DNA of 64,000 bases from Nitrospinaceae bacterium (GTDB taxonomy: Bacteria > Nitrospinota > Nitrospinia > Nitrospinales > VA-1), in NCBI GenBank assembly GCA_046754465.1, contig JBHHVU010000002.1, forward strand, positions 32,001 to 96,000. Reading direction: 5' to 3'. Shown here piece after piece: positions 59,951 to 64,000 of the stretch (within the stretch, counting starts at the first letter, position 1; the number at the start of each line of letters is the position of its first letter). The notes beneath the pieces are model-generated. The model saw only the letters and a list, made by a program, of their open reading frames with translations. It was not told the origin of the DNA and did not search any database. The position numbers and the translations under genes are program-made.

Positions 59951-61107
59951 TGGATGGATTTGACCACCTTTCTTGCGGCGTCCTTCATGCCGTTGGCAAC
60001 GGCGAAATTCAGGCCCGATTCTTCAAGGATCCGGTGCCCCTCCTCCATGTTGGTGCCTTCCATGCGGATCACCACGGGGATCTGAATGTGAAGTTTCCGT
60101 GTGGCGGCCACCACGCCTCTCGCCAGGATGTCGCAACGCAAAATGCCGCCGAATATGTTGATCAGAATGGCCCGGACCTTGGAGTCCGCAATCAGGATGC
60201 GGAACCCGTTTTCGATCATTTCTTCATTGGCCCCGCCGCCCACGTCGAGAAAATTCGCCGGTTCGCCGCCGGAATGTTTGATGATGTCCATCGTGGCCAT
60301 GGCCAGACCGGCGCCGTTGACCATGCAGCCGATGCTGCCGTCCAGCTTGATGTAGTTTAAATGGTATTTCGAGGCCTCCACTTCCAGGGGGGCTTCCTCG
60401 TCCAGATCGCGGTATTCCTGGCTGTGTTTTTGCCGGTAAAGGGCGTTGTCGTCGATGGTGACCTTGGCGTCCAGCGCCAGGACACGGTTATCTTCCGTGA
60501 CGACCAGCGGGTTGATTTCTAGCATCGCGCTGTCTTCTTTCACGAAACAAGTATAAAGGTTCATGATGAAGGGGATCATCTTCTTCAAGGCGTCTCCCTG
60601 GAGATGAAGCGCGAAGGCGATTTTCCGGGCGAGATACGGCTTGACTCCAATGACCGGGTCCACCACTTCCTTGATGATTTTTTCCGGGGATTCGGCGGCG
60701 ACCTCCTCGATTTCCATCCCCCCCGCCTCGCTCGCCATGATGAGAACGCGGCTGGTTTGCCGGTCCACCACGATGCCGAGATAGAGTTCCCGGGCGATGG
60801 CCATGCCCTCTTCGACGAGGACCTTCTTGACCAGGCGTCCTTCGGGTCCGGTCTGGGGCGTGACGAGGGTCATGCCGATGATTTTACGGGCGTATTTTTC
60901 TGCCTCCTCCGGGCTTTTGGCCAGTTTCACCCCGCCCCCCTTGCCCCGTCCCCCGGCATGGATCTGGGCCTTGACCACCGTCACCGGTGTTCCCAGTTTG
61001 CGGGCGGCCTTCGCTGCCTCCGAAGGATCCGACACCAGGATCCCATTGGGGACCGCGACGTTGTATTTTGCCAGAATTTCCTTGGCCTGATACTCGTGTA
61101 TTTTCAT
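59947..61107 (-). CDS. sucC: Succinyl-CoA synthetase beta subunit
   Basis: 'MKIHEYQAK', 'GGRGKGGGV', '[11 protein letters not shown]', 'NFLDVGG'. Confidence 0.98.
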   Translation of the reverse strand: MKIHEYQAKEILAKYNVAVPNGILVSDPSEAAKAARKLGTPVTVVKAQIHAGGRGKGGGVKLAKSPEEAEKYARKIIGMTLVTPQTGPEGRLVKKVLVEEGMAIARELYLGIVVDRQTSRVLIMASEAGGMEIEEVAAESPEKIIKEVVDPVIGVKPYLARKIAFALHLQGDALKKMIPFIMNLYTCFVKEDSAMLEINPLVVTEDNRVLALDAKVTIDDNALYRQKHSQEYRDLDEEAPLEVEASKYHLNYIKLDGSIGCMVNGAGLAMATMDIIKHSGGEPANFLDVGGGANEEMIENGFRILIADSKVRAILINIFGGILRCDILARGVVAATRKLHIQIPVVIRMEGTNMEEGHRILEESGLNFAVANGMKDAARKVVKSIQ

Positions 61108-61209
61108 AATTGCTTGGTGGAAAAAATAATGATTTGAATCGGGGGAAAAGGATTTCAGTTTTTATCACAAGCGCCCGAACTTGTCAAAACAAAATGAAAG
61201 TCGAAGGGG

Positions 61210-61490
61210 CCTTCTCTTGCAGGTTGGACGTTGCGTTTCTTTACACAAAACACGCCGTACAACTTGTTTGGGGAGCCTGCTAGATGATTATCAAGTCTCC
61301 TCTTGCCTGCGTTTGGATAATGCGGTACCACTGGAGACAGTGGCTTTCCCATAGGTGACGGGCTGGGTGAGGGTGGGTTGGCACGATCAACGGGATAGCC
61401 CAAAATGGCGTGCCCTGAACACGGTTCTATCAATCGCTTTTTTTAGATGTAGCAAAAAAAGGACTTGACCCGTTCACCTCGGAGGGAAGG
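61210..61490 (+). ncRNA. Putative structured non-coding element (IS110-type non-coding end / bridge-RNA-like, or MITE-like remnant)
   Basis: Four stem-loops including CCACTG-GAGA-CAGTGG; imperfect complementarity of the two ends; TTGACC near the right end; no credible ORF. Confidence 0.5.
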
Positions 61491-61492
61491 GA

Positions 61493-61921
61493 TCAGATTT
61501 TGGAGGCGATGGATTTGGGAATCCGGGGTTTTTCCACCTCCTGGGCGTTGGAGGTGTGGAACAGCTCCCTCCAGGCCTCTTCCAGAGGGTGGAGAACCTT
61601 GAGAATGGATTCGAGAGCCTCGCGGTCGGATTTGATATTCGCCAGGGTCAGTTGACTCAATATAAACTGGTACAGGGTTTCCAGTTTGGATGCCACTTCC
61701 CCCCCCTTTTTCAGGTTCAGGGAAACGGACAGCTCGTTGATGATGTCGTGGGTCTTCTGGATATAAAGTCCTTTGCCGGATATGTCCCCCTTTTCCAGGG
61801 AATGCAGGGCCATGCGGGTGAATTTCATGGCGCCTTCATACATCATTAAAATGAGTTTTCCCTGACTGGAGGTGGAGATTTCGTTTCTCCTGTATTCATG
61901 ATGATATTTGGCGGGGACCAT
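61493..61921 (-). CDS. fliS: Flagellin export chaperone FliS
   Basis: 'KLILMMYEGA', 'IINEL..SLN..GGEVA..L..LY', 'EAW'. Confidence 0.95.
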   Translation of the reverse strand: MVPAKYHHEYRRNEISTSSQGKLILMMYEGAMKFTRMALHSLEKGDISGKGLYIQKTHDIINELSVSLNLKKGGEVASKLETLYQFILSQLTLANIKSDREALESILKVLHPLEEAWRELFHTSNAQEVEKPRIPKSIASKI

Positions 61922-61975
61922 AATTAAGCGAACTCCTTTTTATTTTCCGAGATTACCTGTGCCGCACTATCCGTA

Positions 61976-63595
61976 CTATTTCTTAAAAAGATTCTGGAGG
62001 CCCGTGAGGGAGTTTGTGAAAGCCTCTTTCTGGGAATTCAATTTTCCGATGGTGATTTCCAGGTTGGTGAACCGCTGGCGGAGGCTAGCCTCGAACACCG
62101 TCACCCGCTCCTCAAGGGAAGCGATGGTTTCGTCGAAGTCCTTGATGGATTCCGTGGCGGTATCGATTTCTGCCGAAAGCGGACCGTTCAGGGACGTGTC
62201 CACCAAGTTGGCCAACACCCGGTTGATGGTTTCCGCCACCCCAACGGAAAGGGTAATGGTTCCGTAGGAACCATTACCCAAATTGGCGATCCGGAAATTC
62301 AGGCCTTCCGCGTCGGTGCCGGGAGCGCCTGAAAAGAAATTCCCGGACCCTACCGCGTTGGTGAACTGGTTTTTCCCGGTGGGGCTCAGTTGGGGAACAC
62401 CGCCCGAGACCCTCAAATCGTAGGTGCCGGCGACCGTTTCCTTGGTGAAGCCCACGAACGTCACGCTGTTATCGGTCGTTGTGCCCAAACTGGAGAAAAG
62501 CTGGCTCACATTGCCGACACTGGTGTTCAGGGCGCTGGTCAAATCGGTATCGTTGATTTTCAGGGTTCCGTCGTCCTGGGTCCGGATTCCCACTTGGGAA
62601 AGAAAGTTGAAGGTTCCGGAAACTCCTCCCACCTGAGCGCTGACCGTGTTGCGAATGGTTTGTTGGAGGTTCTGAACCGTGAAGTTGCCGAACAGCAAAC
62701 CGGTATTGAGGCTATCCGGATTCAAAAACTGCTGGTCGTTGAGAAAGAGGGTGAGTTCGTTGTACCCGTCCACGAAGCTAGTGATTTTTTCCTTGATGGC
62801 GTCCAAATCCGAGGACAGGGTGATCGTACCCGAACCGGCCGATTGAAGGTTTAATGTGGTTCCGTTGATGACATCGGTGATGGTGTTGGTGGATTTGGTG
62901 ACGGAGACCCCATCCACCACCAGGCTCGCGTCTTGCGCGGCCTGGGTCTCGGTAAAGGACACCAACTCCTGGGTGCCTCCCCCAAGGAAGCCTTTCTTGA
63001 TGGCGAGGGAGACACTGTTATCCTTCCCGGTTTTGGTGCCGGATACGAGCAGACGCACCGGGTTGGTGGAGCTTCCGTCGTTCAGAAACGATGCGGTGAC
63101 GTCGGCGCCGGAATTGTTAATGGCCAGGCGTACTCCATCCAGGGTGTTGTTGGCGGAATTAATAGCAATTTTAGTGGTGGTATTGCCCACAGTGATTTCC
63201 AGGGTTCCCTGCTCGACCGACGCCGTGGTGGAACTGAATCCCGCTGAGATGAGTTTGCTCTCCCGGGCAATTTTGTTGACGGTCAGGGAAAAGGTTCCCG
63301 ACGCGGCCTGGCTGGTGGTTGTCAGGGAAAGGACCTGATTGTTATCCGTGGAGCTATTGTTGGAAAATATCCCCTGGGTGGACAGGAAACGGTTTTGGGT
63401 ATTGAGGGTGGAGACCACGCTCTTGAAGGTCTGTAACCTGGACTTAAGCTCTTGAAACGCGGCGAGCTTCTGGTTCTCGGCATCCCGTTTGGCCTGCACC
63501 AGGTCGATCGGCCTTCTTTGCAGCGCGACCAGTTTGGTGAGGATATCGTTCGTATCCAGCCCGGAATTCAATCCAGATATTGATGCTTGTGCCAT
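61976..63595 (-). CDS. fliD: Flagellar filament cap protein FliD
   Basis: 'SGLNSGLDT', 'AQDA..VDGV..TN..DVINGTTLNL', C-terminal 'RFTNLE'; directly upstream of fliS. Confidence 0.95.
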   Translation of the reverse strand: MAQASISGLNSGLDTNDILTKLVALQRRPIDLVQAKRDAENQKLAAFQELKSRLQTFKSVVSTLNTQNRFLSTQGIFSNNSSTDNNQVLSLTTTSQAASGTFSLTVNKIARESKLISAGFSSTTASVEQGTLEITVGNTTTKIAINSANNTLDGVRLAINNSGADVTASFLNDGSSTNPVRLLVSGTKTGKDNSVSLAIKKGFLGGGTQELVSFTETQAAQDASLVVDGVSVTKSTNTITDVINGTTLNLQSAGSGTITLSSDLDAIKEKITSFVDGYNELTLFLNDQQFLNPDSLNTGLLFGNFTVQNLQQTIRNTVSAQVGGVSGTFNFLSQVGIRTQDDGTLKINDTDLTSALNTSVGNVSQLFSSLGTTTDNSVTFVGFTKETVAGTYDLRVSGGVPQLSPTGKNQFTNAVGSGNFFSGAPGTDAEGLNFRIANLGNGSYGTITLSVGVAETINRVLANLVDTSLNGPLSAEIDTATESIKDFDETIASLEERVTVFEASLRQRFTNLEITIGKLNSQKEAFTNSLTGLQNLFKK

Positions 63596-63642
63596 CAAGA
63601 AGCCTTAAAGGGAAGAAAAATGATTGGGTCCCATTAAGAAAA

Positions 63643-63669
63643 TTATCGGCCTGAATGAATTAAACTTTA
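63643..63669 (-). promoter_or_regulatory. sigma28 (FliA) promoter of fliDS
   Basis: Minus strand TAAA-GTTTAATTCATTCAG (15 nt)-GCCGATAA, an exact match to the sigma28 consensus. Confidence 0.92.
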
Positions 63670-63863
63670 ATGGTTTCGGGACTTTTAAAAACAAGGAGAT
63701 GTTTTAATGAAAGAGTTTGCGGTCCCGGGGCGAAATCCTGTGCATTCGCCGTCCTTGAATTTTCGCTTTTCTACCTCACCGACCGGGGAAAAAAGGGTTG
63801 ATTTGTGTTCCGGGGGTGATAAAGTACCACTCTCCCCTGATTTACCTAATTTCGGGCATTTTC

Positions 63864-64000
63864 ATGACGGAACAGTTCGATTTGTTTTCACAGCAGGAAG
63901 ACGAAAAAGCCGGTCAGGCTGACGTTTCCCCCAGGGTCCTGTATTTTGACCTGGAAACTCAAAAGTCAGCGGATGACGTGGGGGGATGGGAAAATATTCC
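63864..64000 (+). CDS. Partial RNase H-like (YprB-type) exonuclease-domain protein, runs off the window
   Basis: Own translation: MTEQFDLFSQQEDEKAGQADVSPRVLYFDLETQKSADDVGGWENI..., with motif 'FDLETQ..DDVGGW'. Confidence 0.7.
   Translation, partial: MTEQFDLFSQQEDEKAGQADVSPRVLYFDLETQKSADDVGGWENI

Noticed and set aside
61155..61433. 92-aa minus-strand ORF; alternatively 6S RNA or a sucC riboswitch
   Set aside because: The ORF has no RBS or motif. The region is longer and more branched than the 6S rod. G-U pairs and the GNRA loop favour the strand opposite to sucC, though a cis role is not fully excluded.
1..64000. CRISPR arrays, rRNA/tRNA, prophage, integrase or transposase genes
   Set aside because: No regularly spaced repeats or diagnostic motifs were seen by eye; very short or degenerate elements could have been missed.

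Overview
Mostly housekeeping chromosome of a motile, Gram-negative, probably autotrophic bacterium. The Hydrogenobacter/Nitrospira-type 2-oxoacid:ferredoxin oxidoreductase next to sucCD, together with the flagellar gene style, suggests a Nitrospina-like (Nitrospinota) organism; this is an inference and was not searched. Left part: flagellar export and regulation operon (fliO-fliP-fliQ-fliR-flhB-flhA-flhF-flhG-orf-fliA), lipid A acyltransferase, acpS, tsaC, purE, MFS, TPR, cinA, rhomboid, a NACHT-FGE-sulfatase protein, and a degenerate REC/HD-GYP gene leading motAB. Middle part: ribD-ribE-ribBA-ribH-nusB, amidase, der, an MBL-hydrolase/cNMP-binding fusion, a divergent EF-G paralogue, ihfA-merR, a disrupted CoA-disulfide reductase/rhodanese gene, tag, an atypical redoxin, an HEXXH protein, DUF1566, ALDH and ntrY-like/DUF4390. 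Right part: mutS-HIT-ybeY-phoH, folE plus a mammalian-type PTPS, ndk, oxidoreductase subunits alpha/beta/gamma/epsilon, sucCD, fliS-fliD (perfect sigma28 promoter) and a truncated RNase-H-like gene. No rRNA, tRNA, CRISPR array or transposase was seen. The most unusual element is a ~280-bp, highly structured, non-coding segment between sucC and fliS (61210-61490) with imperfect terminal complementarity. It looks like a transposase-less IS110-type non-coding end (bridge-RNA-like) or a new ncRNA.
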